A DNA stretch of 64,000 nt. It comes from Tilletiaria anomala UBC 951. Taxonomy: Eukaryota. Made by a program: the position numbers and the translations under genes. This document shows, piece by piece, positions 12,651 through 25,088 of the stretch. The notes beneath the pieces are model-generated. The model was not told where the DNA came from. It saw only the letters and a program-made list of their open reading frames with translations, and ran no database searches. How positions within the stretch are numbered: the stretch's first letter is position 1; every line of letters begins with the position of its first letter. The DNA lies in the NCBI RefSeq assembly GCF_000711695.1, contig NW_013547018.1, positions 124,001 to 188,000 of the forward strand, in the 5' to 3' direction.

Positions 12651-14787
12651 CTACATGGCTAACTCTCCAGAGCTCGCCTTCCTGAGCGCCGTTTGAAGCT
12701 CCTGTGACGACATCGCCGGCCGGCCTATCCGTGCATAAATCGCACCCTGGCCAGGCACCGTCTCGACAGCCAGAAAGCCTGGCGCAGCCTTACGAACCAT
12801 CTCGATAGCTCGCTGAGCGTCGTCCTCCGTCGTGCGACCTAGCGCCTGTTTCACTACTGCAATGACCTCGTGCGCCTTCTTCTTCTCGTAGCGTCCAGCT
12901 GGGCCGTGGGTCTTTTGCGGGAAGAATCCAACGAGCACCTGCCCCACTCTTGGCAAGCGTGATAGAATCGCCTTGTCTTTGTGCTCCTGCATCATCTGCA
13001 AGCTGGTCGTCGGACCCTTCAGTCCCGCCTTCGCTTCGATTCGAGCACGCATAGCACTCTCTCGCTCTGCTGGGGTCATCCCGGCCGTGGACACCGGTGC
13101 TGTGGGTCGCGCTTTCGCCTCTGCATCGGGGCTCGAGCTCTGTGCAAGTTTGAGGTTTAAGCTGGGAACCTTGATCGAGCGCTCTTCCCGGAGAGAGGGC
13201 AGCGCCGCCTGAGGAACAGGTGGGATGTGCTCAATATTGAAATCAGCCGGCCAGAATTCTAGCGATGGAAGCTGCGTTGCGTCGCCGACTTTCATCACTC
13301 TGCGGCTGCCGGGTTTGTGAGAGGGGGACCGTGTGGCGGAGGGCGTCAGAAGACCGCCGTGCCCAACGACGGCAGTGTGGGACGGCTTGCGAGGTGTCGC
13401 TGGCGGAGTCGAAGGCAGCGCGGTGTGATCTTGAATGAACATTTCCTCCACTGTCGCATCACTGTCCTCTTGTGAATCGTCTTGAGAGCGTACGAACGCC
13501 TCATAATGCTGCGCTGCTCTTTCCCTGAGGCGCCGAGCAACCTCTTGCTTGCGAAGCTCGATGCCGTTGTTCCACATGGTGCTGATGCTCATCTGGTCCC
13601 GGTTCACGCTGCTATCGAACCCGCTGCCTGGCGTCCAATCCGTGTTGCTCGGCAGTCGTGCGCGCGTGCGCACTCGCGAAAGCTTGCTTGGGGTCGAAGG
13701 GGGCGAGTCGGCAATAGCAGGCGATGAGGGCAGCTCCGGGCGCGTGTGCGTGCGGATACGTGCAGGTTTGCTCGGAGTTGTAGGTGGTGAGCTGGTAAAG
13801 GTGGAGGGCGACGACTGTACCGGTGACGAGGGTGTGTCTGCTCTTGGGCCGGCTGTGAGATAGCCGACCTGGAGAGGCGGCGTCTGTTCTCGTTTCGGGC
13901 GGTGGAGCGAGAGCTCGACTCCAAGACCCAGATCCCACGCATCCTTCCTGGTTTTTGCGTCTATCGCCTTTACCTTGCGAACGACAAAGCCAAGGCCACG
14001 AACCTCTTTGACCTGTTCTTCGAGCTCCTTGCTGCGCTTCGGGTCAAACATCTCGGCCTTCCCGCCCGACCAAAGCCATGCAAGCTGAGCAAATTGAGTC
14101 TTTCCCAACGGACGACGCTGTCGGACCAGCTGAGTGAGCTCCGAGTACGTCAGTACCTTGGGGAGCGTGATGTTTTTGACGCCGTCCTTCGAGACAGACG
14201 TCTCCATGGGTCCGAGATTGCTGCTCGTCGCAAAATGCTGGACGAGCGCTGTCTCGATGGCGGCATGTAGCTGCTCCAGTGCCTTGTAGTGATCAGGGAG
14301 CTCCAGCTGAGGGCTTGGAAAGCACTTCAATGGCGGCAGCTCTGCATTCTGTGCTTTTAAGCGCACTTCCTCTCTCAGCGGGACCTTGGACTCTGGATGG
14401 AAGGGGTTGGAAGATGAAGAGTCCGTCCGGGTGATATTTCGGCGAGTGCGAGGGACATAACTGTATGGCCCTTCTAAGGTGGATAGGAACGAGCCGTCGG
14501 GTTCGTGATGGGTCTTGACCTTCTTTGCTTCTCTCGGGGCTGAAAATTGAGCAATGCTGTCATGTGTGATAGGGATCTTTTGCGTGCTCGCGGCGGCAAG
14601 GGAACTGAAGATCGAGAGTCCAGGCGGTCAGCACTTTGCTTATCCTCAATCATTCGCTCTAGTTGCTCACTCACTTCTCGCGAACAGAACGAGGTGTGAC
14701 CACCAGATCTTCATCGTCATCAAGAAGCGTCCTTTTTGGTGTTCTCGCCGAGACATTCCGGCTGCTGCCATCAGTCATCATCATCAT
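12651..14787 (-). CDS. CDT1: DNA replication licensing factor Cdt1-like
   Basis: LPDHYKALEQLHAAIETAL and C-terminal winged-helix-like ILSRLPRVGQVL...EDDAQRAIEMVRKAAPGFL; many S/T-P sites; MCB/SCB-like boxes upstream; 5' exon structure approximate. Confidence 0.65.
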
Positions 14788-14974
14788 CACAGTCTTGCTC
14801 GGCTTGATAGTCGGTAGGCTGGGCCAATGAAAGTGTGGATGCACGACGTAATATGATGGATGCAGAAGCAGGGTCGAGGACAAAGAAGTAGATTGACCAG
14901 GGGAAGCGTGTGTCGGCGGCTCGCAAGAGGTCGCCAGACTCGAATTGGGATTCCTCGACAGTCCACATGCGGGC

Positions 14975-15060
14975 GCGGCGCGAACACACGACTCCCAGCT
15001 CGCGGCGGAACGCGTCGCGCGGGACCAGATTTCGCGTCGCGACTCGCGTCATCCGCGAAA
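14975..15060. promoter_or_regulatory. MCB/SCB-like CGCG cluster upstream of CDT1
   Basis: ACGCGT 15010-15015, TTTCGCG 15030-15036, CGCGAAA 15054-15060 plus several more CGCG cores within about 90 nt. Confidence 0.7.
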
Positions 15061-17225
15061 CGACTTAAACGAGGTACCTTAGCCTCACATCATCTTGCCT
15101 TAGGTTGTCTCCTCATGTTGTCTCTGTCTCCCACCTTTGTACACGTACAACGATAGAAGAAAAGGGGTTGCCATGCCATACAATTTTCAGATAGTGAGCT
15201 TGCCATGCAAAGAGTATAGTGTTACAAGCCTACATATACCATACCATTCTGAACTGGTCAGCTTCACCGACGTCCTTACATGTATTGGAGCTGGAACAGA
15301 CCGATGCTCTTCCAGGGTTTAACGGTAGCCGTGACCTGCTAAAATACCATGCGTTGGATTGCGAGATTTGAGATCCGACAGTGATACGGACGCTTGACCT
15401 CAGAATTGGATTGAGGAGGGACGGAAGACCTAAGACCAGACCGCCTGACCCGCTGTGGACCTACTGACTGCAGTAGGGCTGTGTTTTTTACTCTTCGTCT
15501 TCGCTTCGACACCCTGCATCACCATGTGGCGTTGCAAGCTTCATCGCTCCGCCATGCTTGACTTCCGAGTTCAAGCGCCTCGTTAGGGTATGTACGTGTG
15601 AGCAGTCCAACTAGATCGAAAGAAAACGGTGCATGTGTAAAGCCGTCCGCCGATGGTGCGAAGCGCGTGTGGATGGTTTTACAGGCGAAATGCTGGACAT
15701 GTGTGTTACATATGCGCGCGACTGCGGCTACGCTGACGGCGCACAGCTCCACATGGCCCTTGGGCCCCTGGCGGGCGTGGTGGCACTTGGCCAACTGCAT
15801 GCCAAACTCAAACCCCTTGCTGCTGGGCGGCTAGCAATAACAACGGATCATAGTCAGCCTTGCCACCCTGTTCAGCCCCTGATCTTTGCCCTCTGTGCAC
15901 AATCTCACAAGCGCAGTGAGTCTCGTGTAGTACCATGCTTATAACTAATGACTCCTGTTTGTACACATCTAGAATTAATGATTGACTGATCAACTCTCGT
16001 CACTCTTGCAGTCATGCCAGGATAGGCCAGCCACGTGATACTCGTAGGTGCATCGTGGCGAATGCCTGGTGGTGTATAGTGTAGCCTAGCGCACTGCCCA
16101 AGTGTACAGCTTATAGCTTGGGGCCGGTGCTTTATGGGCCAGGCACGACGGATCTGTAAATCCAGGCGGTACTAATCACGGGAATGCTAGGTATATACTT
16201 TACATAAGTGTCTCTAGCCTGCGCACTGCGTCAATGCCTGGCAAATCTATGGTAGTAGATCAAGTAGCGATGGGCACAGTCAAAACACAGGATAAAGCAG
16301 TAACGGTAATGTACTTTTCGTTTACTGCTCGGCGGTCTGGCCAATGCCCTCTCTGACCTGGACTGGCAGGCTATGGCCTACTCTGGCTCACCTTGGCTGA
16401 CTGACCAGTGCGGCTGTCGGTTGGCCAGTCTATGCCACAATGCCCAAGCTCCAAAGGGCAAAGGCTCAAGTGGGTTTGGCTGGCTGTAGCCGTGCTGCAG
16501 AGTGCATGAAACAACAAGTGCCCAGAGACTGAGGTGGGAATGGTTCTGGAGTCTTTAGGCTTGAAGCCTGGAACGGTGAAGGAGCTTGGAGGAAGATCCG
16601 GATTTTTGAGGTGATGTGAAACTGTCGAACTGTTACAATCGGGGGGCCATACGTTTGGGAAGACTTGAAAAATGTGGAATTTGTGAGATTCAGCATTTCG
16701 ACAGTATGAAACATACACAAACATGTTGCGACACAAATTAAAGTAGTCGCCGTTCCAGTGCCATCCTTACAGGACAAACACACTGCCTGCATCGACGCAC
16801 GTGGCAGACCAGTCAAATTGGCCGAATGCAGAGACCAGGCTGCAGTGGGCTGCCTCCGCGCTGCAGGGACGGACACACCCCTCGCTGTGTCGCGTCTCGT
16901 CGACATTCCTCCACCAGGTTTCGCCTCCCGCCCACCTCCTAATGTGGACCCCATTAGCAGCAGCCTTCACCATCATCACCAAAACCATTGCCCGGTCGCA
17001 TCCGCACCTGTTGCATCTTCTCCATTAGTCTCGTTGAGCTGTTTATGACAGCGCCTCACGATCGTGCAGAGGATAGAGCCAATTTTCTCTGCTGGCTGCC
17101 ACGCTCGACTCGCTGATATACCCACCTTGGCGTGCCTCATCCGCCCATCTGGCCCTTGGATCCAGCTCACTTCCATCTGCGTCCATCGTTGGCCGAAGCT
17201 GCAACCAAGTCCTTCTTCTATTAAG

Positions 17226-18923
17226 ATGAGAGTTTCTTATTCCCTAGTCGCGAGCGGCGTGGTCGCTGTAGCTTCAGCGGTAGTCATGGCCCAGCAGTCG
17301 AATGAGGGGCAGACATGTGTCTCGCTCAAGGGATCACAACAATGCCCTTCCTTCCAAGACGCGTACATCAACCCGCAAAATCTGTCCGAAGCTTGGCCAT
17401 GGATTTCAGGCGTCACCGACGTTCAATCCTTCGATGAGCAATTCGATCAGTACTTCTCCGATCCAACACGGTACCACGCGACCAAGTTCCAGCGTCAGCT
17501 GCAGTGCAACAGCACAAACGCCAACAATGCCGCCCTGCAGTACCAACGTACGATCTTGTGCGGCCAGTTCAGCCAGATCAGCTACTCTGCTGGCTGCAAC
17601 ATCGCAAACAAGGCGGACCCAATCATGGTGTGCCGAGACACCTGCTTCCAGTACTCTAATTCTGAGTCGTCACTGATCAACAACCCGCAAGTGAGCATGC
17701 TGCAACCATCCCCGATGTGGCCTGCAGACTTACCCTTCCTTTCTGCTCAGATCTGCTCGCCAAATGATGCGCTCACATCGACACAGAAGCAGACCCGCAC
17801 ATACAACCTTCGCAAGGACTTTGCTGCCTGCACTGACTGGACTAGCCTGACCTCGACCAACAACCAGACCTGTGTATTGGGTATCGAGAACGAAGGCAAC
17901 TGCGGCTGGGGTCCTGAAGTTAACAACCAACTCTGCGAATACTGCGACCCTTCCGGAAATAAACCGGTCTCTCCTTGCTGCTACGACAGCAAAACGGACT
18001 TAAGCCAGTGCTCTATGTTCGGCCACCCGCTGGCCGCTGCGATCCGCCCAACCATGAGCGTGCAGACCAACATTGGCGCCTCTGCCACCTCCGTCGTACC
18101 GTCGTCCACAAATGCTGCGGCTGCGTCCTCCGGTGATGCCACACAGAGTGGCCTCTCAGGCGGTCAGCTTGCAGGCGTCATTGTAGGCTCTGTCGTTGGT
18201 GCGCTTTTGCTAGGTGTCCTTCTCGCTGCTCTTGTCTTTGCCCGCCGAAGGCGCTCTCGCGACCCCGAGAAGATTACCAGCGCCGCAGGTGCCGGCGGCG
18301 CGATCTATACCCATAACGAGCCGAGCGAGAAGGCTGGCGTTTCCGGCTGGAAGGCATCGACGGACACGGGCAACGCAAGCAGCCCTCCGCAAAAGATGCT
18401 TTCATCCGACGGAGGACCATCTCCCTTTGGCGCCGCTGCAGGCGGTGCAGGCGTTGGCGTGGCGGAAGGTGCCATCGGCGTAGGTGCAGCCGCGGCTGGC
18501 AGCAAGGACTCGGAAGACCGGCCTCTTAGCCAGATGAGTAACGCGACCAGCAGTGACGGACGCGGGACGACGGTGCCAATGGTCAAGGACCAGTACTCTG
18601 GTCATGAGATCCGTCCACAAGACACAGTTGTCGCCATTTACCCGTACACGGCGTCGTTAAACGATGAGCTGACGCTCGAGCCAGACGATGTCGTCACGGT
18701 TGTCCGGCTCTATGACGACGGCTGGGCGCTCGGAAAGATGAGCAACGGCCAGGAGGGTGCCTTTCCCATGGTTTGTGTGACCAGCAGCAAAGGCGACGCA
18801 CCGCGCACGAGCGACGATGGCGGCTATACGAGCCAGGGAGGCGTCACCACCTCGAGTATGGATGGCGCTGTCACCGCCGACGAGGGTTTCACCTCTGACG
18901 CCAGGAGCGCCAGGTCGCGGTGA
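17226..18923 (+). CDS. Type I membrane protein: signal peptide, 16-Cys ectodomain, TM helix, cytoplasmic SH3
   Basis: MRVSYSLVASGVVAVASAVVMA signal; in-frame 60-nt intron 17691-17750; TM LAGVIVGSVVGALLLGVLLAALVFA followed by RRRR; SH3 VAIYPYTASLNDELTL...YDDGWALG...EGAFPMVCV. Confidence 0.9.
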   Translation: MRVSYSLVASGVVAVASAVVMAQQSNEGQTCVSLKGSQQCPSFQDAYINPQNLSEAWPWISGVTDVQSFDEQFDQYFSDPTRYHATKFQRQLQCNSTNANNAALQYQRTILCGQFSQISYSAGCNIANKADPIMVCRDTCFQYSNSESSLINNPQVSMLQPSPMWPADLPFLSAQICSPNDALTSTQKQTRTYNLRKDFAACTDWTSLTSTNNQTCVLGIENEGNCGWGPEVNNQLCEYCDPSGNKPVSPCCYDSKTDLSQCSMFGHPLAAAIRPTMSVQTNIGASATSVVPSSTNAAAASSGDATQSGLSGGQLAGVIVGSVVGALLLGVLLAALVFARRRRSRDPEKITSAAGAGGAIYTHNEPSEKAGVSGWKASTDTGNASSPPQKMLSSDGGPSPFGAAAGGAGVGVAEGAIGVGAAAAGSKDSEDRPLSQMSNATSSDGRGTTVPMVKDQYSGHEIRPQDTVVAIYPYTASLNDELTLEPDDVVTVVRLYDDGWALGKMSNGQEGAFPMVCVTSSKGDAPRTSDDGGYTSQGGVTTSSMDGAVTADEGFTSDARSARSR

Positions 18924-19779
18924 GCGTTCGACAACACCAATCGCACAACTTGCTCCCTCAACACGGCTTCGCATGCCACACTCAGCATCCAGCTTTGCTA
19001 ATCTCAAACCCCAACCCACCATTAGACGCTTAACATCTTTTCCCCTTCTTCCAACGCGCTCCATCGGAGCCCTATCCACCACTGGACCTCGACACATCGT
19101 TTTCTCTCGCAACCCGCTCGTCGTTCCTGTTTCCCCTCTTTCACCGCCTCCCTTCGGGTAGCGCTCGCACCATTTGCGCGGACAGCCTCGTCGCGCCACC
19201 CCCTAGCTCTCGTGCGCTCAGCGTCTTATCTTCAAGCGCGTACTAAGGCGGGGAGGTGTGTCGGCTGGGGCGTGCGCTTGCTTGCTCGCGATTCCAATTG
19301 TTTATCTTCTACCCCTTTTCGCCACCCTACCACCCCACCTCGTCCACTCTTCCCCGTTCTCCCACTCGCGTATATGTACATGGAAAGCTTTGTTGGGGCT
19401 CGTCTACAACAAGGTGGCCTCGCGGTTTTATTGTCTCTATCCGCAGATAGCAGCGGCGATGTAAATTAGCAGAACTTTTGGAATTTAGGACGGTTTGCAC
19501 TTTCCGATGTCGCTTCCTATAGGCAAATACGAGCGACAGAAAAGTGACAAAGACGAGAGAGCGAGATTGTGCCTAGTCACGCGGGTGTGTATCCAGTGCT
19601 GTCCTAGGTCAAATATGCGGGTCTGGGTAGGGTGATAGCGGCCTTCGCGATTCGAAGCGGAGCGCGCCTGTGGATGGCACGCCACTACCATTTACCAAAA
19701 GGTTCATCGATGGAAGCAGCTGGCGGTAGCATCTGGGACAAGGTTCAAGTTGCAGATTAAGATGTGTTGACTTAGGGTT

Positions 19780-19933
19780 ACGCGTATTGTAAACTCTCGA
19801 CGCGTCTCTCCTGGGCTTCACCCGACGCGTCTCGCTGCTCAAATGTCGTCCTCCCCTCCCTTCCAGTCCTCTGTCTCATTGCTCACCCTGGCATGCCCGT
19901 TGTTTGACGGGATAGGTCCATACCCTCACGCGT
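19780..19933. promoter_or_regulatory. Four MCB boxes upstream of RAD21
   Basis: ACGCGT at 19780, 19800, 19825 and 19928. Confidence 0.75.
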
Positions 19934-20192
19934 TTGGACCTTGCCTTTCGTTCGTCCATCTGCGCCCTCGCTGCAATCTGCACTCGCTTGAAATCTCGAA
20001 TATTCAGAGGCTGCACGCCTGGGAAACCCGCAGCGCCGTATCCACCATATTTAAAGCCGCAGTCGGCCCTGTCCTCATTGAGGGTACGCTCTTTCTATCC
20101 AGCATCCATCTCCACCTCGAGCAGGCCGCTTCGTGGCCCGCGACCTGAACTCGGCAACCACCTGAACTCGCCAAGGACGCAACCAGAGCATC

Positions 20193-23144
20193 ATGTTCTA
20201 CTCAGATTCCATTCTTTCCAAGCGCGGGCCACTGGCTCGCGTATGGCTGGCAGCTCACTGGGAGCGAAAGATCAGCAAGACGCAGTTCTTGCAGACCAAC
20301 ATCGAAAAGAGTGTAGGTGAGTGCAAAAGGCATTGCGAATCCCGCGTCGTGTTTCCACTTCGAGGAACGAAACTGTTTCTTCTGGGCCAGCTTATTCTGT
20401 GCAGTCAGGCGTTTCTGACACATGGGGAGCACTCCTTTGTCTTGTCTGCGCTCAGGCGCAATTGTTGCCGAAAAGGGCATGCCGATGGCTCTTCGTCTTA
20501 GTGGGCAGCTCCTTCTTGGTGTCGTTCGCATCTATTCGCGCAAGGCACGATATCTACTGGAGGATTGCAACGAGGCGATTCTCAAGATCAAGATGGTGAG
20601 TTGACGTGGACGAGTTGCAAGCCAATGCCTCAGTGCAGAAGGTGATTGACCTTTGCCGTCCGTCTTGCTCTTCCGTTTCTTTTCAGGCTTTCCGCACCGG
20701 CACAACGAACGTCGATTTGAACGCACATCAGTTGACTGCGTCCAAAGCTGCTATCACCATGCCGGACATGCGCACAGAGTTCGACCTCATGCTTCCCGAT
20801 CCATTCCTACAGAACTGGGACCTGGAACTTGAGCTCAATGCACCGCAGGCGGCAGGTCAACAATCGCGCAAAGACCGCGATGGTACGCCGGTCAGCAGTG
20901 GACGTGGTGCCCATACCGCCAAGGAGAGCGATATCACGCTCCCGCGTAACGACTTTGGCATTTATGACGACGACCTCGGTATGGGCGCCGGCTACGGCTT
21001 TCTCGGCGACGGGATTAACAGCCAGGACTTTGATCCCGACGGTGGTGCGCTCGATCTCGGGTTGGACCTGGATGACGCCCATCCAAGCCAGCTCAAAGAC
21101 GCAGAGGGAAGGCTGGTCGATGCGGACGGTGTCCCGGTGCGAGAAGACTCGGCTGGCTTTATCGATGATTCGCTGAGCATCGGCGTCGGCCGCGATGCTG
21201 CGCCTATGGCAAAGCGCAGTCTTGGCTCGTTGCTCGGGGTTGGTTCTGAGAATGATCGTGCAAGCATCATCAGCGATGGTTGGCGCAACGATGAGCTCCC
21301 GCCACTTGAAGACGGGCCGCCATATGATTATGACGAGTTGCCGCTGATGGAGGACTTGCCTGATTTCTACATCGAGGAGTCTGGTGCGGGTGTAGAAATG
21401 AGCATGGGTCAAAGGCGTGAGTGCTCATCGCTCAAAGTCGCGAGACACAGCGTAGCGCATGCTAAGTACCAAATCCTGACTTCTCTCTTTTTTCCCTTCC
21501 GACACATAGTTGCGCGTTCTGTCACACCTGCTACGCAAGTAGGGGACGACACAATGGCTCTCCTGCAAAATGTTACACCAAATACACTCGGAAAGATGAA
21601 GGAGGCTGCTTCAAAGCGCATGTTTCTCGCTACGAAGACGCACGGTACGAAGGCGGGACAAAAAGGGCCGCTCATCGATTCGGTCATCGAGATGCAGACC
21701 GCAGCGGGCAAAAACAAGAGTCAAAGCTTGGTGCAGTCTGTTGCGCAATTCAAAAGACCGGATGGCATTGTCAAGCCGGTGAGTTGGTGCACACCTGTTT
21801 GCATTGAAGTTGCGCTTGATCAGCTGATTAAGTATGCTTTTCGCTTTGCATATTTCGCAGGGAGAGTTCTTGCCTGCCGATCCCGAGGCTCTCCATTTCC
21901 AGAACATCGAGCGCGATCCTATCGCCTATTACCTCCCTGAACTCGTTCTTCCGAAAGACCAACGAACGGTGTATGTCGGCCCGACGAACCTAGCACCGGA
22001 GCTGCAGTCGCTCTTCACGTTCGACCTCGACGCCATTCGCCAACGAGAGGCAGAGCTTGATGCAGAGGGCGCTCCGCCAGCGAAGCGGAGACGCACAGGA
22101 GGAGGAGAGGAAGACGAAGACCTGCTGAGCGAAGTGGGGCGGCGCGACGACAGTCGCACGGCGCGGCGCGACTCCCTCGGTCTCGGTGCTGGCTTCACGG
22201 GCGACGGCACAACTATGTCGCGCGGCGGCGACGGAGGTTACGACTCGTACAGCGAGCTACCGCCGCTTGAAGATACGCCGTATGTGTACAACGACGAGTT
22301 GCCTCCGCTGGAAGACATGCCGGACCACTTTAGGCGTGAGGGCGACGATACAGCAGCGGCAGCGAGAGGAGCAGCTGAAGGAGGGGAGCAGACTGCATTG
22401 AGACGCTCTGCTCGAGGCAAGACTGGTCCGACGGATCTCATGGCAGAATTAGGCCAGCTCCCCGCTCTTAGCAGATTGTCTACGCCGGAGCTTGATCTGG
22501 ACGGCTGGAGCGCAACAGCGTCCAACCCACTCGGCGGCTTCGAGGGAGCAGCAGCAGGAGCGCATGACGCACAGTTCCGGTCTGCGGCCGCTGCTGCAGC
22601 GAGCACACAAGTATCGCAGAATTCGACAGCAGGATGGAGCAGGAACACCGTACGTGCACTCAGTGTTGTACGGTCGCAGCTGATGCCCAGCGCAGAGGAA
22701 GAAGCAGAGGCAGCCGCACAGGCAGCTGGGGGAGCTGAACCGATAGCAGAGAAGATGTTGAGCTTTGAGAAAGTCTCGGAGAACTCGTCGCGCAGGGCAG
22801 CAGCGGCTTTCTTCTTCGAGATGCTCGCGCTGGGCACGAAGGACTGCATCAAGCTCAAGCAAGAGGAGGCATATGGCGACATTCACGTGACAGCCAAAGA
22901 CAGGCTATGGGATATCGAGGTGGTAGAGCCTGCTGTCATTCCTCCACCTGCGCAGACGGGCGTGGCTGCGTCCAACTCGGATGCAGCTGCAGCCGTCCGC
23001 CAAACGCAGAGCCCGAGCGTGCAGTCTACACCGCGCTCACAACAACAGATCAAGCAGACGGCAGCAGCTCGATCTACACCCGCACGCTCGGTCAGATCAG
23101 CGACGCCGCGGGCGACACCGAGAGCAACTCCCGCGTTGGTCTGA
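20193..23144 (+). CDS. RAD21: Cohesin kleisin Rad21/Scc1/Mcd1
   Basis: [55 protein letters not shown]-terminal winged helix [32 protein letters not shown]; multiple introns. Confidence 0.95.
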
Positions 23145-23276
23145 GATCACGATGTGGCCAACATTTGGATGCTTGTACGTTATGCATATTATTCTAGTAT
23201 CAAAGCTTTTGAGACATTGTCATGTTCATCGATGTATTGCAACAGTCGTGTGGGGTTGACACCGTCTGCCACGACA

Positions 23277-24034
23277 TCATAGCACTTTGTGAGGGCATGT
23301 CAGCATAACTTGCAATTAGGCGATGGATGCTGCGGGCTAAACTTACTTCTCCGCTTCTTGGGCCGGACACCGCCAATCTTGATACTCGTTGCATCTGTCA
23401 CTCTTCGTACCAACTCTCTGGTCTTCGACCCCTCGGCCGCGATGAGCGCGCGGAAGAATGCCTCCCTGCCCTGCCCAAAGCCCTTGAAAAGCACCTCGAT
23501 CCCGCTGACCCTCCACTGCTCGCGGTGCTGCTGGATCTCGCGGAACGCCTGGAAGCTGGCGCGGTAGCCTGCTTCGTACCCGCTCCTGGCGCCTTTGCGG
23601 AACCCGGCTGTCCCGCCGCTGGACGAGAAGAGCGGGTTACCTTCGGGCGTGGTGACGGTAATTATGGTGTTATTAGGCGATGCGTGTACGTGGATCTTGT
23701 GTTCAGGCAACTTCGCTCGCGCTCGGTAAGGGTTGAAAAAGCCGCCCAAGCCGGGCAGACGTGATTCGGATGCTGATGATGTGGCAGCCGGAGTCTCGGA
23801 ACGCGGTGCGGGCGAGGCGTCTGAGCCACTGCTTGACCCTTCTGCGCTGGTTGGTGATGATTCATCCGCACGCCTGCTTGCGGATGGACTCCTGTGTACT
23901 CTTGAGGGCGTGCTTGCGCCAATGCTTGTGCTGCTTGAAGCGCGTGCAGGAAGATCGCGATGACACGAACAGCGCTCCAAGCCGAGCCGAGGCCGCACGG
24001 CGTAGGATGAAGATTGGAAGATGCTACGCAGCAT
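23277..24034 (-). CDS. MRPS18: Mitochondrial ribosomal protein uS11
   Basis: ATG 24034 with Arg/Ser presequence; HVHASPNNTIIT...SSGGTAGFRKGARSGYEA...FKGFGQGREA...VTDATSIKIGGVRPKKRR; a last intron gives the ending RML*. Confidence 0.9.
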
Positions 24035-25088
24035 GATGACAGGAAGGATGGAATGCGCACCTTCACTGGTACAAGAAGTTATTAATCTCAGTTCCTTCTT
24101 CTGATTCTGCACGTGGAGGAAACTCGTCCATGGCCTGGCGATCGACGACAAGAAGAAGGGGCAATCGCATGAAGGTCATCGACGCGGAGGTGGTCGATTT
24201 TTTGTATTCTTGTTGTTGGCTTTGCAAATAACCCTAACAGGGCAGCGCTCCGTGGATACAGCAGTCTGCCATTTCGCCATCGTACGTCGGGAGGCTTTTA
24301 CAGTCTCAAACTGTGGCATCACCCCCTCACGCTGCCGAGTGCTGCTGATTGCAGCAGCCGAGGTTGCCGAGCTTAAACATGAATGTATACCTTGATGTGC
24401 CAGCAGCGGCTTAGGTTAGGCGTCAAGGGCTCAAGGCTGTGACACTATGTAGTCCTGCATATGTTTATGACACGTGACATTCGTATCAAGCTTTGCGGTG
24501 TCGCCGCAGGCGGTTGCTGCGCGTACGGTATATGTAGCCGTGGGCCGTTGGAACATCGTCCAGGCTGGATGTTGCTTCAATCGCAAGACTATAGACGTTG
24601 AACGTTGCTCTCAGTGCTCCATCCTCCATGATCCGTGGTTCACCTGCAGTCTATTGCACGAGTCCACGGCGCAGCATGCACCTGCTTGCATACACGGCTG
24701 ATGCGAACAAGCGAAACATATCTGTCTGTCATGGCTGGACCTGCACAGACCTACACCGTGCATGACGACGCATGACCCCCACAGCATGTGGCTTGCGCTG
24801 ACTCCGTGTCGACCAATCTGACAGAAGTCCTTCCAAGTGACGATTGTCCATACGATGCCCTGCGCCGCGCCTGCCGAGGACGGTTCTGTAGCAGAGCTTT
24901 ATGCTGACCAAGTCTCTTTACAGATATCACCGACTGGCTCACCAAATTCGAGGCACATTATCTCATATACTTTCCTGAAGACGTGACAATACCTCTTTCT
25001 TGACTTCGACTCTGTTATGTTCCTTCCCTTTCAGCTCCTTTGCGACGTCTAGCCTTGCTTGCTCGCGGCGATAGCATTCGTGATAAGT

